DNA of 64,000 nt from assembly GCF_000143415.4 (NCBI RefSeq), contig NW_003314266.1:3542398-3606397 (forward strand). The letters run 5' to 3'. The notes below the pieces were generated by a model. That model worked only from the letters and a program-made list of their open reading frames with translations, made no database searches and was not told where the DNA came from. Position numbers and translations under genes: made by a program. Within the stretch, counting starts at the first letter, position 1; the number at the start of each line of letters is the position of its first letter. The DNA comes from Selaginella moellendorffii (lineage: Eukaryota; Plantae; Lycopodiophyta). Below, one piece after another: positions 45,348-57,900 of this stretch.

Positions 45348-47575
45348 TCGCCAGGATCATCAAGTCTTGCGCCATCGCTGGGAATCTCACCCAGGGACGG
45401 CGAATTCACTCGCAGATTCTTCAGAGCAGCCACTCTAGCGACACGTTTCTAGCGAATCTTTTGGTGCAAATGTATGGGAAGTGCGGGAGTGTTGACGATG
45501 CAGCGAAGGTTTTCGAGCGGATCAAGCGCCTCAACTCTTTTTCCTGGAGCATTATGATTCAAGCATATGCCCAAAACGGGCATCTTGCTCAAGCACAAGC
45601 TTTGTTCGATCGAATGCCGGGAAAAAACCTGGAATCTTGGAATGCATTGCTCACTGCTTATGCCAGATCTGGAAAACTGGAGAAAGCCCAAGAGATTTTT
45701 GACAGCATGCCTGTGAAGAACACCGTCACCATCAATGCGATGCTCTCCGCATATGCCACAAACGGGCATATTGGCGATGCTTGGAATCTTTTCGAGACAA
45801 TGGGGCATCGCGACCGAATATCCTGGAACACAATGCTTCAGGGATTTTCTCTCAGTGGTCAGCTTGCAAAATTAAAGGATCTTTTTTATGATATGCCATC
45901 TCCAGATGTAGTTTCATGGACTTGTGTGATTACAGCATATGCCCAACACGGGCATTTGGAATATGCCCGTGCCATGTTTGATGCGGCGCCCGTACGGAAC
46001 GAGGTCACCTGGAACTCCATGATCACTGCGTACGGAGAGAATGCCGATGTTTCGGAAGCAAAAGTTTTGTTTGATTCGATGCCAAATCCAAATGTTGTGT
46101 CGTGGAACGCTCTCGTCCAAGCCTATGTCAATGCAGATGATTTCCGGGGAGCAAAGGTGGTGTTTGATCTAATTCCGGAACCGAATGTTATTTCGTGGAC
46201 CACCATGCTTGCTGCTTATGCCCAAAGCGGCCAACTTGAGAAAGCGAAGAGAATTTTCGAAGATATGCCGCAAAAGAACGTTGTTTCCTGGACTGTTATG
46301 CTCTCTGCTTATGCCGAAAACGGGCATTTACGAGATGCAGAGATTCTCTTTGAGCATATACCACAAAAGAACAATCTGACTTGGAACGCAATGTTGCTGG
46401 CTTACGTCCAAAGAGGTGATATAGAGATGGCGAAGAGATTCTTTGACAAGATTCCTTCTCCATGTACAATAGCCTGGAACACAATGCTTCAAGTGTTTAC
46501 CCAGCGTGGAAATCTGGACGAAGCTTTGGCTTTCTTTGAGCATATTCCCGATAAAAACTCCACGTCATGGACAACTATGATTCTTGCTCTCGCGAAGAAT
46601 GGTCGAATAGATGAAGCAAAAGCTATGTTTGTAAAGTCACTACCTCTCTACGATCTTGTGTCTTGGACTGCATTGCTTGGCGGCTATGCTCAAACTTGCG
46701 ATGGATTTGTGGAGGAGGCCAAAGCAATCTTTGAAGCTATGCCAGAATGGGATATGGTAACTTGGAACACTATGATTTCGGTTTATGGCTTGAACAATCG
46801 CTTAGAAAACGCTAGAGCCTTGTTTGATTCCATGCCAGCATGGGATATAGTTACATGGAACACACTGCTTTCTATCTATGCCCAATCTGGATATAGCGAA
46901 GAATGTAAAAACCTCTTTGAAAGTATGCCATTCTTAACAGCGATATCTGTAAATGCAATGATATTGGGGTGTGATTCTCTCCAGGAGTCCAAGAGTTACT
47001 TTGATACGTGCATACCTCCTGGAGAGAGGGATATTCTTTGCTGGAGTTCTATGATGCTTGCATATACCCGGGCTGGGCATATACTCAGAGCGAAGAGAAT
47101 GTTTGATGGGATGCCCGAAAAGGACTTGGTGGTGTGGAATATGATGGTGGAGGCGTATGGACAAGGTGGTCATGGAGACAACGCTGTGGATGTGTTTAGA
47201 AAAATGGAGGTGGAGGGTATCAAGCCTGATAAGATTGCTTATGTGAGTGTCTTGGCAGCTTGCAGCCATGGAGGTCTTTTGGATGAGGCTTGTGCGAATT
47301 TCTCCAACATGAGCGATGCGCATGGATATGTTCCTGAGGATCAGCATTTGTGTTGCTTGGTGGATGTTCTTGGGAGGACCGGGAAGTTGAAAGAGGCCGA
47401 GGAGTTGATCGAGGCTATGCCGTGTGAGATTGGATCCGTGGCTTGGGAGTGCTTGCTTGGAGCTTGTAAAATCTATAAGAATGCCGAGTATGGGCAAAAG
47501 GCAGTCCAGAAGATTGGAGCTTTGGTACCAGAGAAGGCCACTTTGTACTTGTCTATTGAAGCTATATCCCAATAA
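45305..47575 (+). CDS. PLS-class PPR protein rich in 31-aa motifs, E extension, no DYW
   Basis: 756-aa intronless ORF with about 20 PPR motifs, ACSHGGLLDE, CLVDVLGRTG. Confidence 0.94.
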   Translation: MESRGTELQPTKDSFARIIKSCAIAGNLTQGRRIHSQILQSSHSSDTFLANLLVQMYGKCGSVDDAAKVFERIKRLNSFSWSIMIQAYAQNGHLAQAQALFDRMPGKNLESWNALLTAYARSGKLEKAQEIFDSMPVKNTVTINAMLSAYATNGHIGDAWNLFETMGHRDRISWNTMLQGFSLSGQLAKLKDLFYDMPSPDVVSWTCVITAYAQHGHLEYARAMFDAAPVRNEVTWNSMITAYGENADVSEAKVLFDSMPNPNVVSWNALVQAYVNADDFRGAKVVFDLIPEPNVISWTTMLAAYAQSGQLEKAKRIFEDMPQKNVVSWTVMLSAYAENGHLRDAEILFEHIPQKNNLTWNAMLLAYVQRGDIEMAKRFFDKIPSPCTIAWNTMLQVFTQRGNLDEALAFFEHIPDKNSTSWTTMILALAKNGRIDEAKAMFVKSLPLYDLVSWTALLGGYAQTCDGFVEEAKAIFEAMPEWDMVTWNTMISVYGLNNRLENARALFDSMPAWDIVTWNTLLSIYAQSGYSEECKNLFESMPFLTAISVNAMILGCDSLQESKSYFDTCIPPGERDILCWSSMMLAYTRAGHILRAKRMFDGMPEKDLVVWNMMVEAYGQGGHGDNAVDVFRKMEVEGIKPDKIAYVSVLAACSHGGLLDEACANFSNMSDAHGYVPEDQHLCCLVDVLGRTGKLKEAEELIEAMPCEIGSVAWECLLGACKIYKNAEYGQKAVQKIGALVPEKATLYLSIEAISQ

Positions 47576-47630
47576 AAAGACCCTCGCGGGCGTCAACTCC
47601 AAATCGAAAACTTGTAAATGAAGACGAACC

Positions 47631-50600
47631 TCATTTTACGGCTTCAGCCAAAGAGCTAAACTTTGATCCTTTGTCACGCAAGAGCGCCTGTGGATCACCT
47701 TGTTCTACCTGTAATGGAAAACCGATTCATGCTTTCCTAAAAAGTTTATTGCTTCACGTACCAGTCGGCCTTGGTCCAGGACGAGAACTCTCTGGAGATC
47801 AGAGATAGTTGAAAGGCGATGGGCAATCGTGACCACCGTAACGTCTTGGCATTCGTGCGCGATGGCTCTCTTTAAAAGGCGGGTTGTCTCCGGATCCACA
47901 TTTGCCGTGCATTCGTCCAAGCATAAGATCTGTAGCGAAAGTTCGTTATAATGGAGCAAACAAGACCAGGGAGCTGGCTTACGCGAGAGCGCTTGAGAAG
48001 CGAACGAGCAAGGCAGAGAAGTTGTCGCTGGCCTACAGAGAAGCTCTCGCCACATTCTCGTACTTGAGTATCCAGTCCCGCGGACTCCACTGCAGGCTTA
48101 AGGTGGCACTTTGCTATCATCTCCCAGAGCACGCAATCGCTGGCCTGTCCTGTTGGATCCAAGTTCTCCCTGACAACAGCAACATGTTAGAACTTTTCAG
48201 CCAGCACGTAGAAAAGCATCCTACCTCACCGTTCCTTCAAACAGGAAAGGACTTTGAGGAACGACCGAGAGGCTTTCTCGGAGTCGATGGAGGCTGAGTT
48301 TTGAGATATCAAAGCCATCGATCATGATTCGGCCAAAACTTATAGGCCTCAGTCGAAAGAGCGCACAAAGGATGCTGGATTTTCCTGCACCTGTTCTTCC
48401 TGCGATGCCTACCTGCGGTATCATCAGCGTCAACGACAGGCTCTGGAAGTTTTTAATACCTTCTCTCCTGCAGCGATTTTGAAGGAGATGTCAATCAGGG
48501 CGGGAGGTAATTCAGGACGATACACGAGCTTTACGTTTTCAAACTCCACTTCTCCATTCTCTGGCCAGTTCTCGGGAAGATGGCCATCTTCTAGTTCTTG
48601 TTTGTCACCCTTTTCTGGAACTTCTATGTCGATCATTAGATACTGTAAGCATTACGTTAGAAGACAGGTTTTATAAAACTCACGAACCTGTTGCACACGC
48701 TCAACGGACACCATCTCTTTCTCGGTCTCGGAAAATGCAGTGAGAAGATTGCTGAGAAGGGAAATAACTGGCGCAGCGTATGACAATGCCAAACCAATCT
48801 GCGTGGATCTCACAAGAGAAACAAAGATGACAAAACTTCTTTCGTGTTTCATACCAAACCAGCAGTCGTTGAGTTGATAAGTGAATCTCTGTCACGGCTC
48901 AGAACAGCCATCATGCTCACGAAAAAGACTAGAAACGCTGCCATTATCTGCAAGCAAGCTAAAAACTGTCAGCCTTGGTAAACTCACAACGGAGCTGTAG
49001 CACCTGGAGCCGAATGGACAGCCACAAGCTTGCTGCGATTTCAGAGAAAGACGCCCGCTGATTCGCTTCGACAAAAGCAACGTTTTGTGCCAAGAACATA
49101 TCCTGGGAATGTATGAAGATGAACAACACCAAATGTGGATGAAAACCATCACAAACCTGTCGTTGAAATGCTCGGATGGTCGAGGCACCGTCTAGAGCTT
49201 CACTGAATGACGCATATATTGGGGACCGGGACACGCTATCAAGCCGCCGCAGCTCACGAGACGTTTCTCGGTAGAATCTCTGCATTTTTTTATGGTTTAT
49301 TATTCACAGTAAGAAAACCACCCAAGAGCGAACCTGAATCCTGAAATAAATAAGACCAAGAGGTATAAGAAGCACCACGATTTCCCACTGAAGAAACAAC
49401 GTAAGCCAGACTAAGAAACCTGCTTGAAACTTACTTGGACAAGGCAGAGAACAATTAGAATTCCCAGAAGGCTGAAGCAATGCGCAAGTAATATATTCGC
49501 AATGAAAGGAAGGGAATCATCAATTGTATACAAATCCGAAGAAAACCTGCAATGACTATTGAGGCTTTGCAAATATAACACTCTTTACCTGTTAAGGATG
49601 CGTCCAACGGGGTTCTTCTCGAAAAACAAAATCGACGCTCTAAGGATATTGTTTAGCAGAGTTTCATGCACTTGGAATGCTGCACGTAAACCTCCGCATG
49701 CGAATGAAAATGCCCGCAGCAGAGTGAATAAGGAATTGAGACCACCTATAACAAAAAGAATATTCTGCACCGTCGACAATCCATTCGTGGTCAAGGCACA
49801 AAAAGAAAAAACAGCTCACCAAGTAAAACTTCACAGAATGATGGTGATCACTGCTTGAAGTTTTGTCAACCCAGTGAGCCAGCCACCAGTCGTTTCCATT
49901 CTTTGTTGCCTGCATCAAGCTTGTACTAGCAACTGTCACTGCTACGATGGAACAGCCAGTAAAAACCGCATAAGTCCTGCACGTTAAGTAACACCAATGT
50001 CAAGCACAGACGAAACAAGGGAGAGAACTAGCCTGTAAACAGTTGCCTTTACTCGTCCATAATCTCGAGCTTCTTCTTCCACCAGAGAGAAAGATTTCGC
50101 TTCTCGATCATTGCCACAAAATGTACGATCCTCATATGGCGTTGGCTCTGTATCAACCTCAATCTCTGACTGGTTATTATCGGAGTTTAAGTGCTTGCAC
50201 GGTGCACTTGTAATGCATTTTGCATGCCCGTTTTCCACGAGAACTACAATGTCAGCAAGCGATGCTGCCTGAGATATCAAACACATATCAGATTAAACAA
50301 AGAAAAACAAACAAATCGTCAACCTGGTGATGGTGTGTGCATAAAACTCGAGTCTTGTCGCGTAACAAAGGCCCTTGAATCGCGTGATGCATAAGCCAGG
50401 CAGCTACATGTGGATCGACAGCGCTGAGCGGATCGTCAAGCAAGTAGATGTCACAATCTTGATAAATCGCCCTGTGGCCACGGCAGTTTGTAAAGCGCTG
50501 TACTTGTACCAGAAAAAAGATTCTCACCTTGCAAGTGCCAAGCGAGCCTTTTGTCCACCGGATAGATTGCATCCTCGTTCGCCTATCTCACTCAAATCTT

Positions 50601-52850
50601 TCTTGTGCATGAGTTCCACGTCAAAATCAAGAGAGCACGCTCTTACAACCTGATCGTATCTGCAAAATAATTGCAGCTCAAAGCTTTCACAAGAACAAGT
50701 TACCCACCTGTCTTCGACATAGAGCCGTCCAAAAAGAATATTTTCCCGCAGAGATCCAGATCTTATCCAAGGGGTCTGCAAGGAGTGGACACAGGTATTA
50801 AATCACCAAAAGAGATCTGTTTCGATTGGACCTGTGAAACAAATGCAGTAGAACCCGAGACATAGACAGAATCTTGTTCACAATTCATCTCGTTTAAGAT
50901 TGCGTGAAGAAGGGAACTCTTCCCAGATCCCACCTGCATCAACTTGTTATACAGAGAAAGCCTTGCGACGTAACTTACTTGGCCGAGAACGACCACCAGT
51001 GATCCTTTTGGAATATCGAGTGAGATCCTTTTCAGAGTCGGCAAAGAAGAGGAAGCAGACCAGCTAAAGTCCATCTCAGACACCTTTAAGGCCGTATTGC
51101 TGTCCATCTCAGGCGTGGTTCGAGAAAAAGTTTGTGAGGAATCGGGAGAGCTCAAAAAACGTTGCAGCCTCTGAATAGACACCCATGCCTGGTTTGCTTT
51201 CGTCGTCAAGGCATGAAGAGAACGCAAAACAGATCAAGCAGCTTACCTCTACGATTCCAGTAATAACCCATGGAAAAGAGTTCAGTGGAGAAATTAAAAT
51301 GTTGAAAAGAGCAAGGCTGGTGAACACCTGAGCAGAGAAATACAGTCAGTCAGTCAGCTTTTGCAGGCAATGATAGTGACCGTGGCTGCATCCAGAGTAT
51401 GTCCTAGGAACGTAAACAATCCAAACGTAAGGACCGAGAATAAAGTCGGTGTGCACGCCCAGAAATAAACGCATAAAGCATCCAAGTATTTACGCGTCTG
51501 CAGGAAAAGACTGAAAGTTCAATCGGTATCTTAGCAAGGCCAGACACTTACGGACAAGTGCCTCATTTCCTCGTTTCTGACTGTCCTGATTTTATGACCA
51601 AAAAACGTTTCCCAGGCATACATCTTCACAGTCCAAATGTGAGTCAAAAGCTCACTTGTTCTCCGGATCCTGACATCCATGGAAGATTAAACAAGAACTT
51701 TTAAAACATTTCACAAGTCACCTCTCGTCTTTCTGAGCCATCATAAAAGTGTTTGCTTCACCAATTTTCACAGCTATCCATCGGTTCACTGCGTACCGAA
51801 TTGTTAGCTTCGTCAAATGAAACCAAAACAGAAATTACCCGGTATGAGAAGGATAACCACGGCAAACCCCGCTAAAAAGGAGTACTTGACTTGCATGTAA
51901 AGCATACACAAGGCCACAACTATCTGCAATGGAAGACTAGCCTTTAAAACGTTAATTCTAGCTCGTGAAAGAACACAAATGCTTACCTCCACAAGTCATG
52001 CACACTTGAAAAGAGATTAATCGTCCTGTCGGCATCTACAGACATCAGCGTTTGGATTTCTCCAGTGGAAAAAGAGTTGCGCTGAGCAACACGTATGCTC
52101 AAAGCCTGTGGATCTTTCACTCAGACAGTATCCAAGACAATTTAAGTCGAGCCTACCTTGCGATAGACAATTGTTGTTAATCCTGCCTTTAACTTTAGCC
52201 TCAGCCTTGCTACTAGAAAACTGTAGTGTGTTCCCATAAATCCTCTAGCAACAAAGCAAATTAGCTGCCACGCAAACCAACCAAACAAGCAATTCTACCT
52301 CAACAGCGAAATACCTCCGATTCCACAAGCATACCAATAGCCACGTCCATGGCTGGTATGTTTACCTTTAAACCAACACCTTAAAACACAAATAGATGTC
52401 AAGGAGAACAAGCTCACCAGATTGCAGATACTTCATTATTGCATTGAGAAACAATGGGCCCGAGAAACTGAGGCAGTCATTGACAACCTACAAATACTTG
52501 TTTTTTCAGTAAGTAGAGAATTGTAGTCAAACCTTCAACAGTCCGATGAAGAAAAAACTCCATCCATAAGACCGGAAGATCGCCCAGAACAGCGACTTGT
52601 TTTCTGATTCTAAACAAGCTTCCCACAGTCGATCGCGGCATACTTCTGGATCGAGGTCCCCGGGCAATGGAAATAAATCGTCTTGGCAAAGTTGCTTGCC
52701 AGAACCAGCATTCATGAGAGGATTCACCCATGAAAACGTTAGTGTGCTCCAGATCGAGGCACTCTAAAAAGGAGATGAAGTTTTAGAAGGAAAAGATCCT
52801 TGAGACAAGCACACCTGAGATGACGATGAAGCAGACTGTAGCAGAGGCTC
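47631..52850 (-). CDS. ABC transporter C family (MRP), ABCC13-like; many short introns; 5' end uncertain
   Basis: [84 protein letters not shown]. Stop at 47631. Confidence 0.9.
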
Positions 52851-53049
52851 TCTCTCTCCCTGTTTGAAGCTGTAGCAAAACTTGGCAACTTGTACAAGGA
52901 GCTCTGGTCAAAGAAAGAGCTTCTCACCTGTCTGATCCAAGCAAAGATAGAACCATGCTGGGAAGACTCGAATCAATCCTTCCCGAGGAAACCACCTCGA
53001 TTACCTTCACGAGGAAAAAAAAGGCAGCGATCGCCGATCAAAGCACTAT

Positions 53050-53790
53050 CACAGCTTACCAGCACTACTCAGCTTGAGAGAGGAATAAATCCTTCGCTCC
53101 TGAAGAAGCAAGAAAAGTTCTAGCTTCTCAGAACGAAAAATCTTAAAACCGTCACTTACCTCGCGCCAGGCAACTCCCTGGCTCATACATTGTCGATGCT
53201 TAGCTCAAAAGCAGAGTGATCGCTTCCAAATGAGCTGAATAACAAGCACATCCAGCTACAAACCATAAAAAAAACTCTCGAATGATGATCACGCGTGATG
53301 ATAAAAAAGGAAATCGTACCTGTGCGCACAAAGAGATTCCTGACGCTGATGGATCCATCCCCCGAAAAACACCATGCCCTAGCACCAAGAACGCGCGCCG
53401 AGGGAGAGCGAGCGAGTAAACCTAGCTCATGCTTTAGGTGGCATTTCCTGGGCCGAGAATCGATCCGGCGCCATCCAACGTTTTCCAAAAACTATTATTA
53501 GTCAGCGATGGTTAAAGGTAAGGTCAACAAGTCAAATCCAACTTGATTTCACTCTGGGTTTGGTCATAGTCTACCTGTGGCTCGACACCAAACTCAAAAC
53601 AACACGTCCTGGAGATTAATCCAGCACTTGAGAGTGATCAATCCCAACCAAGAACCACAGACTTACCATCTTGATCTGGAGGTAATCCGCGTATTGGGCT
53701 TCCACATGATCCATGGGTGATGAATACTTTCGCGAGAGCTAAAGTGCTCTGCTGAAATGCAAAAAAGAACTTCAGGTATGATCCAAAACA
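53050..53790 (-). pseudogene. Scrambled duplicate of the USP-like gene region (direct repeat of ~60400-60900 plus an inverted exon)
   Basis: 53590-53700 matches 60760-60870. 53712-53780 (+) matches the exon at 61000-61070 (-). Confidence 0.6.
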
Positions 53791-54972
53791 AGATGGGCTC
53801 TTCTGTTGATGATATCTACATTGTTGTAGCTCACTATTGATGAAGTGTAGCATTTTTGTTGTATTTTATCAAATCGAGTTGGCACTTGATACTCACATAA
53901 ACCTTTGTAGTAGCACTATACAGTGCTGTTTGAACCCGGGTTTGGCATGAGGATTTGCTCAACAGTTGAGCCAAGGCTGCAGAAGCGTGGAAGGAAAGGA
54001 AGGTCTGAGTTGTAGCTGTGAAGGGCGTAACTCTTGCAGTTACGTCTTAAAAAAAATTCTATTCGAAAAAAGGTTAGTATATTATATTTTAACCTTAACT
54101 ATTTTAATTCATTTCTTCTGTCACAAAAAAGCATCTATTAATCACAAGTATAAGGTAAAAGGAAAAGAGAGATGACAATGTTGAAGTTGCATCAAAGATG
54201 GCCCACTCATAAACAGCGTAGACTCCATGCCCACGCTTCCCAAGGTTTCTGAATGGTCCACAATTCAACCACGCCTCTGGAACGTCGGTCCAGACGAGAG
54301 GATAGAAGTCATAATGAAGCCACTTGAAGTTTCCATCTCCATCGCCATAGCCATTGCTATATATGACTCGACGATATGGCCAAGAACAAGCGGCTCAACT
54401 ATCACTAGTAAGACTCTTCCAGAAAAAACCACATAGGTTAACAAAAGACAGCAATCATGACTACTAACACTGATCCTATCATGGATGAAGACTTTCTTCC
54501 ATGGCCTCGCAGCAAAGGTGAAGAAGAATCCGACCTCTTATGAGAACTCCCAGGGACTTTTCGTGCCTCTTCTGGAAGTTGGACAAAGCTCCACAATTAA
54601 TGTACTCTTCAAGCACATCCAGGTTACAATCTCGTTTCGATCTGCGGCGGCCTCTGGTCTCCCGATACCGTAGCCAAGAGAGTCGCATTTCCTTTCAAGG
54701 GTTTCTTTCTATGTTTGCTTAACAGGGAATGCTATTGAAGGATACGGCAGTGATCTCTGAAACCAGTGACTCTTCATTAATTGTCAAAAGTTGAAACTTC
54801 CAGATGGTTGGTGAGAACTAATATCTCTTCTTCCTTTGGTTTGTATCACTCAGTCGTGATTGCTTGTGTGAAATTTTCTAACGGAACTATTGACTGGTCC
54901 GTCGGTGCATTGCTTGGCTACGCAGAAGGTGCGAAAGAGTGTGTGATCGCTTGGAAGCTTTCAGGTACCCCT

Positions 54973-57900
54973 TGTTACATGACACACCTCGCCACGTGTC
55001 CATTAGGGTTTTCCTGTTCTGTCCGCTAGCGCGGTGCGCTTTGATCCCGATTTGTCTCATGGTATCGGAGCTGGGATAGCGCTATGGAAGGAAAGCCATC
55101 CATCCGCGAGTTTGATGGAGAAGGGTTTGAGGGATTCAAGATCCATCTTGAATCCTATCTCTTGTTTCATGGTTTGTTGGGGATTGTAGATGGGACAGAG
55201 TCATCACCGGCTCCAGGCTCTAGCGCTGCTGAGGTGCGTGATTGGAACCTTCGGGATTCCAAGGCTAGAGGGAGTATTGCAATGTGCTTGTCCTCAAATG
55301 TTCTCTTTGCTGCCCCATCGATTCCAAAGTCCACTGCGGCAGAGCTTTGGAAGTGGCTGAGTGACACTTATGGCACCAAGAGTGAAATGGATGTCTTCAA
55401 CATCCATTCACAAATGGATTCCTTGAGGCTAGAGGAAAATGGCAGTATCCAGACTCACACTGCCAAGCTCCAGGGTTTCTTCACACAACTTGCAGCTGCT
55501 GGGGCGAAGCACTGTCTCACGGATGAACAGCAGAGGCTGCGGCTCTACAGGTCCTTGCCAGCGAGCTGGAAGAATGCAGTTGAGAGCCTGCTTCTCCAAC
55601 CAGGGATGACTTGGGCAGATGCCGTGAGGAGTCTTCACAACATTGAGGCCATGCGAAGCGAGAGAGCTGAAATGCCACAGGCTATGTATGCTTCGCAGGC
55701 TTCTGGTGATGCCCAGGTGGCAAAACCGCATGCAGCTGCAAATGCCCAGAAAGGGCAAAATTCCATGGCATCTGGGCGTGCCAAGCCCAGACTTGCTAAG
55801 AATCAATGTGCTCGCTGCTTGGCGATGGGCCATTGGGCTCGAGATTGCCCTGCTCCCAAGCCTGTCAAGCGACTAGCTACGTTGGCGAAAGCTAATTTGC
55901 TTGAGCGTGATGGAATTGCTACTGCAAATGAGGCTGTTGAGGAGCTCTACAACGCAGAGGCAATTGCCGCACCAAGCCGGTGGCTCTTAGACTCTGGTTG
56001 TACTAATCTTATGAGCAATAAGAAGAGTCTTTTTGAGTGTTATCAGCCGAGCATTGGAAAACGTGGTGTTCATTTAGGTGACAATACCACCATCCCGGTG
56101 GACGGCATCGGGCAATTCCGGCTCTCACTCGATCATGGGAGGACCATGGCCTTTGATGGTGCCATGCATGTTTCCACCTTGCGACGAAACTTAATGTCCG
56201 TCGCCAAGCTATGTGATCAAAATGCGGTGGTAGTCTTTGATGCAAAGGGAGTCTCTTTAGTTGACTCTAGCGACTTTCATATGCTTGGTACACAGTTGCT
56301 TCGTGGGTCACGCATTGGGGACTTGTATGAGATTACTGCTGTCGACCCAGTTCAGGCCTTTCAGACTGTGGAGGCAGATTCTCATGCGGAGCTTTGGCAT
56401 AAAAGACTCGGTCATGTTCATTACCAATCTCTTCAACGGATGAAATCCCAAGATATCGTTACTGGATTGGATTTCCGACGTATCCCATCTACATTTTGTG
56501 AAGCTTGTGTTTTAGGCAAGCATCACCGCCGGAACTTCTCACCGAGTAAGCATCGAGCACTTGGACTTCTGGACTTAGTCCATTCTGATCTTTGCGGCCC
56601 CATGGACGTGCCAAGTCACGATGGCGCAAGATATTTCATCACATTCATTGATGACTATAGCCGTCGAACATGCATCCACTTCTTGATGCGTAAGAGTGAT
56701 GCAGTTGCTGCCTTTCAAACATACAAGGCATACGTTGAAAACCTCCTTGGTCGAAAGATAAAAGCTCTTCGAGTTGATGGTGGTGGCGAATACCTCAACA
56801 ATGAGCTTCGGGGCATCTGTCGTGATGTAGGCATACGACTGCAAGCTACCGCCCGCTACACCCCCCAGCAAAATGGTGTTGCAAAAAGGAAGAATCGTAC
56901 TCTTGTCAATGCTGCTCGTGCTTTGTTAGCTGATGCACATCTTGACAAGATGTTTTGGCAAGAGGCCATAGCCACAGCAATGCATGTACAAAATCGCCTT
57001 GCCACGGCTGCTTTGGATGGAAAAACCCCTGAGGCATTTTGGACAGGTTCTACTCCTGATGTGTCCCACTTTCGGGTCTTCGGTTGTGCAGCATACGCAC
57101 ATACCCCTGATCAACTTCGGAAAAAGCTAGATCCCAAGAGTAAAAAATTCATCTTCGTGGGATATGCACAGGACGACACTATCGGGAGAAAAGCTTACAA
57201 GTTGTGGGATCTTGCCTCTCACAAGGCTATTGTAAGCACAGATGTCATGTTCAATGAAGACGACTTTCCCATGCGTACAGAGGCTCTTCAAGATCCTTCT
57301 TTTATTGCTGAGACTCGACTTGTTCCTTTGATCCCACTTATGGGAGATGGTCCACTCTTGCCTCCGCCTCAAGATCCTATTTATGAGTTGCCACCAGAGA
57401 TTCCATTGGGGAATCCTCCACTTCTGGACATGCTTGAACCAGCTGATGCTCCTCTAGTTGAGGATAGGCCTCCGACACCTCCGACACCTCCACCACCTTG
57501 TCGACGTCGTGGCATGCCTGATCCGATGCCAGTTCTTGATCACCCCCGGGAACGTCGGCCCTCGTTAAAAGTCCGGGAAAATGCTGAAGCAGATGCTGCA
57601 GAGCTTGATGACTTTTGTGGCCTTATTGACATCGGCATCCCCATGACCTATGATGAGGCTATCTCAGGACCTGAGGCTTCATCTTGGATGGAAGCTATTG
57701 CGGAAGAAGTTTCTTCCATTCGGGCTAACGGAACTTATGTTCCAGTTGATTCAGCGCCACCGGGACGACGTGTTTTGGATCCAAAATGGATTTTTTCCAA
57801 AAAGTATGGGAAAGATGGCCAGGTTGTACGTTATAAGGCACGGTTGGTTGTTCGTGGTTTTCGCCAAGTCCATGGCCTTGACTACGATGAAACATTCTCA

